Virus record (IMG/VR): IMGVR_UViG_3300037466_002533
Span: 24,763 to 88,762 of that record
Length of the DNA: 64,000 nucleotides
Strand: one strand, 5' to 3'
Source of the DNA: a virus
Lineage: Duplodnaviria; Caudoviricetes
Position 1 is the first letter of the stretch. Every line of letters starts with the position of its first letter. Positions 30,471 to 41,120 of the stretch are shown in pieces. The notes below the pieces were generated by a model. It was not told where the DNA came from, made no database searches, and saw nothing but the letters and a program-made list of their open reading frames with translations. The position numbers and the translations under genes were made by a program.

Positions 30471-30797
30471 TCACTTCCCGGAGGATTCGTGGGCCGCCCG
30501 GCGCCTCTGCATCTCCTGGGTGTAGGCCGCCTGGAAGACGATGAGCTGCCGCACCACCCAAGGCTGGGAGTCGTAGAAGGGCCGCCCGCCGCCGGTGAAG
30601 TTGTTGTACAGCAGCAGCAGAGCATTGGCCAACTGGTCAGGGTTGTAGACCTTGGTCCCACCGTCGTAGTCGATGACGGTGCCGCCAGCGGTGATGTGCT
30701 TGGCCAGGTTCTCCGCCAGCTCGATGATGTCCTTCTCGTACTGACGGGTGGCCGACTGGAGGATCTGGGTCCTCTCGATCGGGTTCTTCCAGTCCAT
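30471..30797 (-). CDS. Hypothetical protein
   Basis: GGAGGAGGG SD; -10 TATACT at 30870-30875. Confidence 0.7.
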   Translation of the reverse strand: MDWKNPIERTQILQSATRQYEKDIIELAENLAKHITAGGTVIDYDGGTKVYNPDQLANALLLLYNNFTGGGRPFYDSQPWVVRQLIVFQAAYTQEMQRRRAAHESSGK

Positions 30798-30911
30798 GTC
30801 GCCCTCCTCCGTCGACCAAGATCAACTTCCGGCCAATACTCTTAGTAGTATTCTTGATGATACTCAGAGAGTATAAACTATCTTTTAAGAGTACTTATAT
30901 AGATCAAATAG

Positions 30912-30930
30912 GAGCCCCCGAAGGGGGCTC
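30912..30930 (-). terminator. GC hairpin with cUUCGg loop, likely terminator after the helicase
   Basis: GAGCCCC-CTTCGG-GGGGCTC followed by CTATTT. Confidence 0.6.
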
Positions 30931-31017
30931 TTAGGGGGGTAGAGACCTTCATTGCAACGGCCAGAGATGGTCTCTATTCCCGGGAACCCTTGGAATTCTC
31001 GAATTCACCCATTCGGC

Positions 31018-32820
31018 TCAGCCGAAGAGGATCTTCTCCAGCTCCTCATCCTCGGGCTCAGGTCTGCTAAGCGCCTCGGTGGATCCTTGGATCGAAGCTG
31101 CAATCTTCCGGCGTCGATTGTTGATGCCCCAGATCCTCTCCTCGACGGTGTCCTCGGTGTAGAACCCGAAACAGGTCAGTCCGTCGAGGTGGGAGTCGGC
31201 CCGGTCGATCCTGGAGTTCCTCTGGAGCAAAGTGTCGTAGCTGTAAGGGATCTCGTAGTTGATGACGTACCTGGCCTGCTGGAACGACAGACCATGAGAT
31301 CCGGCGTCGGACGACAGGAACACGGTGATCGATGGGTCCTGGCGGAAGGTGTCCTGAGCCTGCTGGGCCTCGGCCGGGGACATTCCGCCGTGGTGAGTGA
31401 CCACACTGATCTTCCGGCGTCTCAGCTCCTTCTCGATCAGGAACAACCCCAAGTTGGTCAGCTCGGTGAACACGATGACCTTTTCCCCGGCGTCGGCCAT
31501 GTCCTCGATCAATTCCATCACCGCCGACATCTTGGCGGAGGTCTTCGAGGAGAGGTCCGGCCGGGCTTCGGTGATGATCTGAGCGATCTCCGACTCGGAG
31601 TGCTTCAGAGACTCGGCGGTGTTGCACAGGTACCTCAGTACCCGGTAGTACTGACCCCAGTTGTTCGGGTGATCCTTGCCCCCAACCTCGGTGATCAGGT
31701 CATACAGCTCCCGGTCCTCCTTGGACATCTTCACCGGCACCGGGATGAACTCCAGACCCTTGAAGAACTCCCGGACCCCGGGATCGGTCTTACGGACGAC
31801 GTGTGTCAGGTGGTGGACCCGGTGCCGGACCTCGGCCAGCTTCTTGGTGGACCAGTGATAGGTGACCTGTGTGCCCCAGGGAGTCTGCACTAGGGTCTGG
31901 GAGTCGCTGTAGTCGTCCCTGAAGCTCGAAAGGGTCCCCAGTGGGTTCTTGCCCTTGGGGAGGTCGAAGAGGCGCCAGAATCGCTCGGGATCGCTGTTGA
32001 TGACCGTCGCGGACATTGGCCACACCCAGGGGGTTTTGACCTCGCGTATGAGGCTCCTGATGCCCTTCCCGGCCCGGTTTGGAGAGCCGTCTGTGTACCG
32101 CAGGACCTTCTGCACCTCGTCCAGGATGAACAGCACCCGGCGACCCTTGATCAGCTCCTGCAGTTCGGCGTAGTCGTGGTCTGCCTTCTCGTAGTTCAGG
32201 ACATAGACCTCGGCGTCGGCGGCCCGGTACTCGGCCTGTCGCTTTGTCTTGGTGCCGTCCACGACCTTGGCGGTCAGGGCGGTCTTCTCGTTCACCTCGC
32301 GGCACAGGTTGATCTTGTTCTTGGTGATGGTGAACATGAGGGCGACGTCGATCTGACCCCGGTTGAACAGCTCCTGCGCGCCCGCAGCGGCCTGCAGACC
32401 CTTGCCGCAGCCGGTGGCGTGGTTGAAGAAGAAGAATCTTCCAGGGGCGCTCAGGGCCTTGTTGAGGGCGTACTGCTGGAAGGGGAACAGGGACCCGGGC
32501 TTGCCGTCTCTAAAAGGTAGGGTAAGGTGTTCTACGTGAAGCGGCCTGGACCATTCGGCCGACTGCTCCAGGACAGCCTTGGCCGAGGGGAGAACATATA
32601 CCAGATAACCGTCTGATTCGAGCTGGCGGACGAACTCGTCCCACATGCCGGTCTCCAGAAGTACGGAAAACTCCGACAGGTACTCGGGAACATACTTAGA
32701 CAACAAGGTCGACGGGTCTAGCGACTGGATGAGCAGTTGCCCTGAATAGCAGATAGCCTCTTCCACCACAACAGACTCCGCGCCTAGCGGAACCTCAGCT
32801 ACGTGCTGAACAAACAACAT
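31018..32820 (-). CDS. SNF2/SF2-family helicase-like ATPase
   Basis: HATGCGKG, VLNYEK, ILDEVQK, MSATVINS, helicase-C FLSSDAGSHGLSFQ...QRNSRIDR. Confidence 0.9.
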   Translation of the reverse strand: MLFVQHVAEVPLGAESVVVEEAICYSGQLLIQSLDPSTLLSKYVPEYLSEFSVLLETGMWDEFVRQLESDGYLVYVLPSAKAVLEQSAEWSRPLHVEHLTLPFRDGKPGSLFPFQQYALNKALSAPGRFFFFNHATGCGKGLQAAAGAQELFNRGQIDVALMFTITKNKINLCREVNEKTALTAKVVDGTKTKRQAEYRAADAEVYVLNYEKADHDYAELQELIKGRRVLFILDEVQKVLRYTDGSPNRAGKGIRSLIREVKTPWVWPMSATVINSDPERFWRLFDLPKGKNPLGTLSSFRDDYSDSQTLVQTPWGTQVTYHWSTKKLAEVRHRVHHLTHVVRKTDPGVREFFKGLEFIPVPVKMSKEDRELYDLITEVGGKDHPNNWGQYYRVLRYLCNTAESLKHSESEIAQIITEARPDLSSKTSAKMSAVMELIEDMADAGEKVIVFTELTNLGLFLIEKELRRRKISVVTHHGGMSPAEAQQAQDTFRQDPSITVFLSSDAGSHGLSFQQARYVINYEIPYSYDTLLQRNSRIDRADSHLDGLTCFGFYTEDTVEERIWGINNRRRKIAASIQGSTEALSRPEPEDEELEKILFG

Positions 32821-32889
32821 TAGTGAACCAATTCAATCTTTCGTTCGGAAACCCCGACTTCAAAAGTACCAGTTAGAATCTTTTCCTGC

Positions 32890-33171
32890 TCAGGAGAGGG
32901 TTGCGGTCTTCCATGCGGAGCCGTCCCATACCTTCAGTGCGTTCGTCGCACCGCTGGTGTCCAGCCATACCGGACTGACCGAGTGGTCGGGAGCTGAGTC
33001 TCCGATCGCTATCTTGGCGTACCCAGGTCCATCAGACACAATCGGAGTCGGAGGAGTTACGACATCTCCATCGGCATCGCGCAGACTTGAGCGACTGGCC
33101 TGTTGCTCACCCTGGAACAGTCCAGGGTAGGTGGAGGTGTCCACGGTGCCGCTGTAGGCGATGAATGTCAT
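32890..33171 (-). CDS. Small virion or tail-associated protein (putative)
   Basis: End of the tail operon; VWLDTS...LKVWDGSAW fibre-type motif. Confidence 0.6.
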   Translation of the reverse strand: MTFIAYSGTVDTSTYPGLFQGEQQASRSSLRDADGDVVTPPTPIVSDGPGYAKIAIGDSAPDHSVSPVWLDTSGATNALKVWDGSAWKTATLS

Positions 33172-33239
33172 AGCTGTTACACTCCTTATTCAGGGTTGTT
33201 CGACAACCCTTAATCAGACCCTCTACTATTTAGGGTTCT

Positions 33240-36200
33240 TCAGTACAGGTATACGGGTGTTACGGTGATTCCGTAGACGTACTGATCGGTCCGGTACATG
33301 GTGATACGAAAGACCAGGCGGTTGTCGGCGGTCGGGAACACCAGGAACTTGTTCGGCTCATTGACGATGTCGACTGCCTGGAAGAAATGCCCCCCGTCAT
33401 CATTGGAGATTTCGTAGCTGGTCATCGACCGCTGATCAAAGAGGCTTGAGACGTAGATAGTCTCCTCCTCGGTGCCGTCGAGGATCAGGTTTATCCTCCA
33501 GTTGTCGGCGGTGCCTGAGGCGTCGGCCGGGATCAGGTCGAAGAAGCTGCTCTTGTACGAGGTCCACACGCCCGGAGTCGGGTCGATGACGAACTCCTTC
33601 AGGATCGACCCTGAGATCGGCGTGGTGTCTTCGAGCTGGATCTTGATGATGTTACCGGTCTTCGCCGGACGCAGCAGATCCACGCAGATGCGGATCAAGC
33701 AGCGGCCTGTCTCGATCTGCGCCGAGCAGACACCGGCGGCGCCGACACCGGCTGCGCGAAACACCTTGGATGCGATTCTTCCACGGTAGGACAGATTCGA
33801 GTCCAGGTCGACACCGACGAGGGCGCTGCTGGCGCCCCAGTTGGCGACCGTGTCGGACCATACAGCCGTATCCGAGGACCAGAAGGCGGACCCGTCATTG
33901 TTAAGGCCCAGTGGGTTGATCGAGCTGTTGTTGTCCAGCAACCAGGACTCGAAGGCGCTGCCCTGGATAGACACTGCCACCTTGTTGAAGGTGCCGACGG
34001 AGTTGAACGTCTTGGTGGCAACGATTGTGGGGATCTGTCCCGTGATGAATCCCCACTGAATGCCGCGAGATACCGTGCCAGAGCCCGGTAGCTGCGTGGC
34101 AGTCCAAGATATCCCATCGCTGGAGGTGAAGACCTTCCTGCTCTCGTCGGCGTTACTGAAGGTGCACACCGTGGCCAGCTCCTCCAGTGCGGGAGACCAG
34201 GAGACGATGTTGGAAGACGACGGGAGTGTGTACCTGGTCGTCCAAGCCAGCGCATCTGAGGATGTGACGATGTCATTGGAGTTTATGGCACAGAACAGGT
34301 TGAGGCCTTCGAACCAACCAATGAAGCTGAAGGCTACCACACCGGTCAAGCCGGTCGGAGTGGACATGGTCCAGGACTGACCGTCTGCGGACAAAAGGAT
34401 CTTGGAGGATGCGGACGTCACTAGAACGAACTTGTTGATGGAGGATGACCAGCAGGAGGCGTTGCTCAGGAAGCTGGATCCGGTCGTGGACTGTAGACCC
34501 CCGTCTACGGACCAGGTTTCCCCAAGGTCATCAGAGTAGGCAACAGCATTGCCCCATCCGGTGATCGACCCGGCGACGATGATGCGGTCCGTCGATCCCG
34601 TGGCCGTGGTGACGGACCAATCGGTCCCCAGACCTCCCAGCGGAAGGGTAATCGGATCCCAGGTCTGGCCGTCGCGGGACAGGACGATCTTCTTGCTCTG
34701 GATTCCGATGAACACGTCGAGGGTGTCGATGTGGACCATCCGGTTGAAGGTGATTCCGTCGTCATAGACGCTGTTCCAGTTCACGCCGTCCGTGCTGACT
34801 TCGATGCTACTGCCGTCGGTACCGGCAAAGATCTTGTTGGTGGGTGAATACCAGAAGCTGAACGGAACCGAGGTATCTGTCGGGTGGAAGGACCAGTTGG
34901 TATCGTCGGTGGATCCGTACGAACCGGAGCTGGATCCCTGCGCGACCACCACCCACTGCGGCACATCGGCGATGTATCCGCCACCGATGCCGGTACCCTC
35001 ATCCGGATCTCCGGACCATCCATGGACGGGAGTGGTGGGCGTGCCCGGCATGACTCCTTGACTGTTGTCGGCGTCGATGACCGACTCATCGATCACCGGC
35101 AGGACGTACTTGTCGGAGTCGACTGGAACGGTGTAGTCGTCCTGGAAGATCTGGACCTCTCGCAGACCGGCGAAGTAGGCGATGGCGGCATCCCTTGTTG
35201 CTGTTGCCGTCTCATACCGGTGCACCGACACGTTGATGAATCGGGTGCGCTTGGTGTTCAGCTCGGAGGAGCTGACCGGCTTCTCGGTGCTGGTGGAGGT
35301 GTTGACGATCTGGTCCATGACCTCGGCGCCGATGCGCAGCTCGCCACCGGGCAGCGTCCACCAGCCCGGTGTGCGGGACCCGAGCACGCCGGACTCGCTG
35401 GCGTCGGATATCCTGGTCGGGTCCGTGCGGGACAGCAGGTCCTGGACGCTGTCGTTCTGGGTGGCCATCGGCAGAACGCTGTTCACCGGGCCGCTAGGAG
35501 AGTCGTAGAGCCGCACCAGGGCCGAGGACAGGTGAGTGGTGTTGTTGGCGCTGGCGGCCTGCAGGGAGCCGTTCAGGGCCGTTTCCTGGGCCATCGCCGA
35601 GGAGTCGTAGGATGACTGGTTGCGGATGTCGGAAACGATCTGCGATCCGGTGAACACCCGGGTCTTCGGGAGGAAGTCCCGAGGCGTGTTGCTGTTGATA
35701 GACCGGTTGATCGGCAATGTTCTGGGAAGACCTACGCCGGTTCCCCGATCGTTGGAGATCGCGGTGTTGTCTTGGACTCCGCTGAGCGACCCGGTGATCG
35801 CCGAGTCCGGGAACTTCAGGTATGGTACGGTCACGCCCTCCTCGTGGATGGGGTAGGGCTGTGCCACCAGGTGGGAGAACTCGAACTTTAGGTGCTTGGC
35901 GTAGATCGGGGCTGGGAGGTACAGGAACCCGCGCTCGGTGATCCAGTCCATCCAGATGGGGGTCCACATCTTCTCGGTGTAGAACTCTTCGCCGACACCG
36001 CCGTATCCGTCGACGCCGGAGGTGTACTCCCCCACGTAGACGGCGTTGTCCAGCGGGCTGCTGTACAGGCCGCCCTGCTTCTGCTGGTTCCCGGCCTGGG
36101 GCCGCAGGTATGCGTAGGGGTCGGTGATGAAGGACTGGATGGAGCTTTCCCGCTCGTTCGACGTTCCAATCTTGATGATGGCGGCGCGCAGAAGTCCAAG

Positions 36201-37502
36201 AGGCGCAGGGAAGGTCAGCTCGGCGTTCTTGGAGTACAGCTTCGCCAGGCCCTGGTAGTTGCCGCTCGGAGTGAAGGTCACGCTGGTGTCGGACACCACG
36301 CTGCCGGACACGGACACCACCAGCCGGGCGGTGAGGTCCCCTGCGGTCTCGGCCTGGGAGACGGCGCATACGATCTGCAGCCGGGTTCCTGGGATGTACG
36401 GTACGGAGCTGGAGGCTACTGCGGAGGATCCGGTGCCGCCGACGTCGAAGGAGAACACGCCGGTGGAGGTGTTGTAGGTCAGGACCGGTCCAGCCGGTGC
36501 GTCGTTCGCCGTAGTCTGCTGGAAAATAGTTGGGCTGCCGGTCAATCCGGCGGCCAGGTCCAGCTCCAGGCCGATCCATCCGATCTTCGGGGCTGGGAAG
36601 TTGGCGCTGCCGGATCCGGGAGTGGTCAATAGGGCTCCGGTGTGGATCTGGTAGCTGCCGGACTCCTGCAGGTCAATCCCCTTGGTACCCAGGAAGTTGG
36701 TGCTAACCAGGGCAGACTTGTTGCGCATCGGCTGAGGGTGCACGACACCGATATTGTCGTCGTTGGAGTAGTACACGTTCAGGGTGCAGCCGGTATAGGT
36801 CGGGTCGATCCAGATGCGGTCGATCCGGGAGGCTCTCCAGTCCGAGGCGGACGGGTCGGAAACGGTGACGTAGAAGTTCACCACGGCGTTCGGGGACGGC
36901 TGAGGTGCACTACGCCACATAGTGAACGAGTCGGAGTCCACAGCCAGATCGGCGCCCCACTGCTTGATCTGGCGGCGCACGACGTTGCCCAGGCTGTCGA
37001 TCTCCAGACCGATTGGATACAGGGAGTCCTCGGCCGAGTGTACGGCGTTCTTGATCAGGATGTCGCGAATGCCCAGCGAGTACAGGTCGGACTTGTTGGA
37101 GGTCTCCCGGCGCTGCACCCGGAACTCCAAGCTGGTGACGGCCATCGTCAAAAGCTGACGGGAGATCGGCACCCAGGACTGGTCGCCGAGGGTGGATCCT
37201 ACCGAGCCGGATACCTTACCGCTGAACTGCTTCTGGTTGACGTCCAGCAGCATGAACCGCACACCGGACGTGGTGGTGCCGTATACCTCGTAGTTCTGCG
37301 GGACGTTCAACAGGGAGAAGCTGATGCTGTTGACCGTTGCGGGACTGCGCATCTTGACGGTGATGATCTCCCAGGTGGGGTCGGTCGAGACACGCGGGTT
37401 GGACAGCCAGTAGCGGTCATTGTCACGCTTGTTGGTAAACTCAGACTGTTGCGCGGCAACCTGGGCCTGGGAGTATCGGCCATTGATGAGGATGTCAGAC
37501 AT
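33240..37502 (-). CDS. Large minor tail/baseplate protein (1420 aa) with Asp-box beta-propeller insert
   Basis: Downstream of the baseplate wedge genes; repeated S.DG..W motifs (SRDGQTW, SDDLGETW, SADGQSW, SSDGISW). Confidence 0.75.
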   Translation of the reverse strand: MSDILINGRYSQAQVAAQQSEFTNKRDNDRYWLSNPRVSTDPTWEIITVKMRSPATVNSISFSLLNVPQNYEVYGTTTSGVRFMLLDVNQKQFSGKVSGSVGSTLGDQSWVPISRQLLTMAVTSLEFRVQRRETSNKSDLYSLGIRDILIKNAVHSAEDSLYPIGLEIDSLGNVVRRQIKQWGADLAVDSDSFTMWRSAPQPSPNAVVNFYVTVSDPSASDWRASRIDRIWIDPTYTGCTLNVYYSNDDNIGVVHPQPMRNKSALVSTNFLGTKGIDLQESGSYQIHTGALLTTPGSGSANFPAPKIGWIGLELDLAAGLTGSPTIFQQTTANDAPAGPVLTYNTSTGVFSFDVGGTGSSAVASSSVPYIPGTRLQIVCAVSQAETAGDLTARLVVSVSGSVVSDTSVTFTPSGNYQGLAKLYSKNAELTFPAPLGLLRAAIIKIGTSNERESSIQSFITDPYAYLRPQAGNQQKQGGLYSSPLDNAVYVGEYTSGVDGYGGVGEEFYTEKMWTPIWMDWITERGFLYLPAPIYAKHLKFEFSHLVAQPYPIHEEGVTVPYLKFPDSAITGSLSGVQDNTAISNDRGTGVGLPRTLPINRSINSNTPRDFLPKTRVFTGSQIVSDIRNQSSYDSSAMAQETALNGSLQAASANNTTHLSSALVRLYDSPSGPVNSVLPMATQNDSVQDLLSRTDPTRISDASESGVLGSRTPGWWTLPGGELRIGAEVMDQIVNTSTSTEKPVSSSELNTKRTRFINVSVHRYETATATRDAAIAYFAGLREVQIFQDDYTVPVDSDKYVLPVIDESVIDADNSQGVMPGTPTTPVHGWSGDPDEGTGIGGGYIADVPQWVVVAQGSSSGSYGSTDDTNWSFHPTDTSVPFSFWYSPTNKIFAGTDGSSIEVSTDGVNWNSVYDDGITFNRMVHIDTLDVFIGIQSKKIVLSRDGQTWDPITLPLGGLGTDWSVTTATGSTDRIIVAGSITGWGNAVAYSDDLGETWSVDGGLQSTTGSSFLSNASCWSSSINKFVLVTSASSKILLSADGQSWTMSTPTGLTGVVAFSFIGWFEGLNLFCAINSNDIVTSSDALAWTTRYTLPSSSNIVSWSPALEELATVCTFSNADESRKVFTSSDGISWTATQLPGSGTVSRGIQWGFITGQIPTIVATKTFNSVGTFNKVAVSIQGSAFESWLLDNNSSINPLGLNNDGSAFWSSDTAVWSDTVANWGASSALVGVDLDSNLSYRGRIASKVFRAAGVGAAGVCSAQIETGRCLIRICVDLLRPAKTGNIIKIQLEDTTPISGSILKEFVIDPTPGVWTSYKSSFFDLIPADASGTADNWRINLILDGTEEETIYVSSLFDQRSMTSYEISNDDGGHFFQAVDIVNEPNKFLVFPTADNRLVFRITMYRTDQYVYGITVTPVYLY

Positions 37503-38871
37503 TAGGCAGCACCGGCAGTTCTATCCTGGTGGAGATTCGGTTGAACCAAGGAGAGGACACGGAGGAGGGCTTAGCCGGAGGTGCTGCCGCAACGGCCATA
37601 TCCGGGGTCCACACCTTTCTGATGGCCTCAGTGAACTTCAGCGGAAGGCGGTAAGCTACCTCGGTGGTCTCGCCGTTCGGTAGTTTAGCCACCTGGAAGG
37701 CCTCAGGGTAGTATCGACCCTGTGTGCTCTCCAGGATGTTCCGCTTGATGTCGTCTATGTATTCCTGCTGGCTCTGGAAGCCGAATGTGTATGGGCGCTG
37801 GGCCGGGATGGTAAGGGCCGGTGCTTGATCGGGGTGGATACCGTACTTACCACCAGGGTAGTTGTCCGGCGAGTCGGCCTTCTGGTACGGAATCCATGGA
37901 GTCCAGGCGGTGACGTCCCTGCTGGTGATCTTGTAATTGTCCTCGGCGAATACTCCACCGTGTGGATCCTCGGAGCTATAGGTGACGCTGTCGACGTTAC
38001 CGGTATCCACCGTGAAGTACTGCGAGAACTCCTGGGAGGCGTTGAAGGCGGCCTGCGGCGCCCGCACCTCCTGTCCCTCCTGCACCCAGCGGTAGGACCC
38101 GTTGGGTTCCAGGGAGGCGTCGAGAGTGGAGTTGGCACCCCCGGTGACGTACGGCTCCAGAACGTAGTAGGTGGACGATGCCAGGGCATTGAGGGTGTCC
38201 TGCTTGAGGTTCGGAGTGACACCCGTACCAACCAGGGTAACTATGGAGTCCACCGGAGCCAGGCGGCGCAGTAGGGCGCGGAGCTGCGCCTGTTCCACCG
38301 TTGCCAGGTTCTTGTGAGCCCGGATGATGATCTCGTTTCGGGCTACGCCGCCGGTCTGGGACAGGGCCACTAGGGACGGGTAACTGATGTATCCGTCGGT
38401 GAACTTCCACATCTCGTAGATGTCGCAGTCCGCTGATATGGCAGACTTCACCAGGAGCCTCAGACCGTCCGGACTTCCGCCCAGAGCGATGGCCTTGAAG
38501 AACATCTTGATCCGGGCGCGGTACCAGGAGTCTTTGATCTGGATCTCGTCCCACTGGTCGCTGGTCAGGATATCGGTGGATGGGTTGTAGGAGTAGGACT
38601 CCGAGGCGAACCTGGTGAGCTGAGTCATCGTGCCGAAGATGTCGTCCAGGTCGGAGAAGTAGGTGGTGTCCAGGCTCTGCGACAGGCGGGCCAGGAGGAG
38701 CTGCTTCTTCAGTGTCCCCACGCCGCCGTCGCCGATCAGGGCGTCCATGAAGTTGTAGAGGTTGGAACCCTCTTCGTTTCGATAGACGGTAGGCGAGAAC
38801 GACCGCATGCGCCACGACGTCGACTTGGTCGGGAGTAGCGGTGCTGTCGCCTGGTCTACAGGTGATGTCAT
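37495..38871 (-). CDS. Baseplate wedge-associated protein (follows baseplate J)
   Basis: Synteny; YRARIKMFFKAIALGGSPDGLRLLV resembles gpI-type wedge proteins. Confidence 0.6.
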   Translation of the reverse strand: MTSPVDQATAPLLPTKSTSWRMRSFSPTVYRNEEGSNLYNFMDALIGDGGVGTLKKQLLLARLSQSLDTTYFSDLDDIFGTMTQLTRFASESYSYNPSTDILTSDQWDEIQIKDSWYRARIKMFFKAIALGGSPDGLRLLVKSAISADCDIYEMWKFTDGYISYPSLVALSQTGGVARNEIIIRAHKNLATVEQAQLRALLRRLAPVDSIVTLVGTGVTPNLKQDTLNALASSTYYVLEPYVTGGANSTLDASLEPNGSYRWVQEGQEVRAPQAAFNASQEFSQYFTVDTGNVDSVTYSSEDPHGGVFAEDNYKITSRDVTAWTPWIPYQKADSPDNYPGGKYGIHPDQAPALTIPAQRPYTFGFQSQQEYIDDIKRNILESTQGRYYPEAFQVAKLPNGETTEVAYRLPLKFTEAIRKVWTPDMAVAAAPPAKPSSVSSPWFNRISTRIELPVLPNV

Positions 38872-38874
38872 GGG

Positions 38875-40638
38875 TCAGCTACCGAAGTTGTTGGTGGAGC
38901 GGCGGATGAACAGGCTGTTGATGTCTCCCGGAAGGTCTAGGACTGCGATGCTGTCATCATCCAATTGGAAGTCGCTGGTGTAGCTGGTCACCACGGACCC
39001 GTTCTTCAGCTCGGCCGCCGAGTACGGTGCTCCGTCGGTGGTCTTGGCGATCCTGCAGTTATCGACGCCGGTTGTGTTATGCACGATGGCGGTCAGGTCG
39101 GAAAGCTGCACCCAGGAGCCGAAGGGCAGATTGTTGATGTAGTTCTGTAGAGCCGTGACGATCTGGGCGTTGGTGTTCTGCACACTGGCGCCGGTGTCGT
39201 ACATGACCACGAAGTAGAACCTCAAGCTCTTCTGAACTGCGCTGTGCACCAGGACATCCGTGGTGATCTGCTTGGTCTTGCGGAACAGCGAACCCAAGAT
39301 GCTCGGGGTCTGGTTGTAGGTGTAAGTGGCGCTCAAGATGGTGTTGTCGGTCGGCGGGGTGGTCTTCCAGATGATCCCAGCAAGCTCACGCTCGGACCCC
39401 GCATCGGTGGTGGTGCCGTACACCCCGAAGTAGTCGGTACCCAGAACGTAGGTGGTGGACCCTCCGGTGATCTGGGCGGGCCAGGACGCGATCGGCACCG
39501 ACCCCAGCCTCTGGAACTTGGATGTGGTGCTGATGGTGTCTCCGGTCGGCGATCCGAAGTTGGTATACAGGTAAGGACTTCCGACGGTGTTGTTAAGGGT
39601 CACCGCCGATGCCACCACTGCCTCGGTGACCGTTATCGGAGTCTGTCCATCCACGAATACGTCAACCTTGTTGAAGATCCCGGAGCCCGGGTCGTTCCGG
39701 GAGTTGGTGGAGCAGTACTCATAGAGCACATCCAGGAAGATCGAGGTGGCCGGGGAAATGATGATGCTGGCGCTGACATCGAGCTGCGGTGCGGTCACGG
39801 CGCCGGAACCGGTGACGTCATAATCATCGCCCTCGGTGAACCACTGCTCCTCGGCCGAGCCCTTGTTGGTGGCAACGAGGATCGAGTTGGGCCACACGTA
39901 CTTGCAGTTCTTGGACGGGATGTCGATCGATCCTCCGGTGGACTCCACCTGGGTGACGTACTTGGAGGCCGGTCCGATCACATTGACCCGATTGACGCCG
40001 CTCACCTGGCGGGAGACGGATACGTAGAAGTCTTCGGTACCGGCGATGTTGCGCAGAAGAGTGGCCTTGAAACGTGCCCGCAGTTCCTCGTCGGACTCGT
40101 CGTCGGTGCCGCCAGTCATTGCTGAGGAGTTGGTGACGTTGGCGATCCCGATGCCTGCGGAGTACGTCGACACGGCACCCGACGATACGTTTCCGGCGGT
40201 GCCCACGGTGCTGCAGGAGACCGGGATGTCTGCGGTGCTCTGCCCGGCGCTGATAGTCACCGATACGGTGGACGAGAAGGAGATCGGGGCGCTGTTGTCG
40301 GCCGGATTGGTGGAGAACTGGGTGTTTACCGGGATCAGGATGGACGTCACGGCCGGAGTGGACAGGCTTACCGTCACGACACCGCTGGCGTAATGCCCCT
40401 GCAGGCGGCCGAATCCGAAGATACCGACGAAGTCCTCCAGGTCCTTGCCGGACTTGGAGTCGATGTTGAGCTGGGAGTCAACCAGATAGTTGTCGATCTG
40501 CACCTCGGCGATGGCCTCGGCCACTGCCTCCACGATCTTGCGTTCCGGCGTGCCGATCTCCATGGAGAGGCCCGGTGCGGTGACCGCCAACTTGGCCAGG
40601 ATATCGTTGGTGACCTGGACGGGGGTACGGGATGCCAT
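38875..40638 (-). CDS. Baseplate J-like protein
   Basis: SGKDLEDFVGIFGFGRL, A.G.V, CSTVGTAGNV, GGTDDESDEELRARF. Confidence 0.9.
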   Translation of the reverse strand: MASRTPVQVTNDILAKLAVTAPGLSMEIGTPERKIVEAVAEAIAEVQIDNYLVDSQLNIDSKSGKDLEDFVGIFGFGRLQGHYASGVVTVSLSTPAVTSILIPVNTQFSTNPADNSAPISFSSTVSVTISAGQSTADIPVSCSTVGTAGNVSSGAVSTYSAGIGIANVTNSSAMTGGTDDESDEELRARFKATLLRNIAGTEDFYVSVSRQVSGVNRVNVIGPASKYVTQVESTGGSIDIPSKNCKYVWPNSILVATNKGSAEEQWFTEGDDYDVTGSGAVTAPQLDVSASIIISPATSIFLDVLYEYCSTNSRNDPGSGIFNKVDVFVDGQTPITVTEAVVASAVTLNNTVGSPYLYTNFGSPTGDTISTTSKFQRLGSVPIASWPAQITGGSTTYVLGTDYFGVYGTTTDAGSERELAGIIWKTTPPTDNTILSATYTYNQTPSILGSLFRKTKQITTDVLVHSAVQKSLRFYFVVMYDTGASVQNTNAQIVTALQNYINNLPFGSWVQLSDLTAIVHNTTGVDNCRIAKTTDGAPYSAAELKNGSVVTSYTSDFQLDDDSIAVLDLPGDINSLFIRRSTNNFGS

Positions 40639-40639
40639 G

Positions 40640-41056
40640 TTAGACAGTTATCCTTCCTGATACCTGTCCCGGAGTACCCAGGGCGGTAACGAACCTGACG
40701 GTGACGTAGACGTTGTCGTACCCGGCCTGGCAGTCCACCGACGTCACGGAGTACAGGATCTCGTCCAGGGTGAACTTGTTGGGGTTCTTCTGCAGGGAGA
40801 TGGTCTGGATCTGCTGATACAGGCTCAGAACTCGAAGGACCTCCACCTGGATCTCGTGTTGGGTGGCGATGTTGATCGATTGTCCGATAAAGCTGTCCAG
40901 CGCCGAGCCATAGTCCGGGTGGAATCGGTCGATGCCATACTGCTCTCGCAGCCACAGGCTCAGGTCTTGGGTTAGCTTCTCCACCCCTCGCACGACACCC
41001 ATGGTGTTCGAGGAGAGGTCCAGGTCGCCGTTGACAAGCCGCAGCGAGAACGACAT
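40640..41056 (-). CDS. Baseplate wedge subunit (gp25/W-like)
   Basis: GDL...KLTQDL...L....G...FHPDYGS.L. Confidence 0.8.
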   Translation of the reverse strand: MSFSLRLVNGDLDLSSNTMGVVRGVEKLTQDLSLWLREQYGIDRFHPDYGSALDSFIGQSINIATQHEIQVEVLRVLSLYQQIQTISLQKNPNKFTLDEILYSVTSVDCQAGYDNVYVTVRFVTALGTPGQVSGRITV

Positions 41057-41120
41057 TCAGCCCCTCCTTATGGGAAAACCCGCCTACATCAATTCGGTGC
41101 CCTGGCTCAAGACGAGCGGA

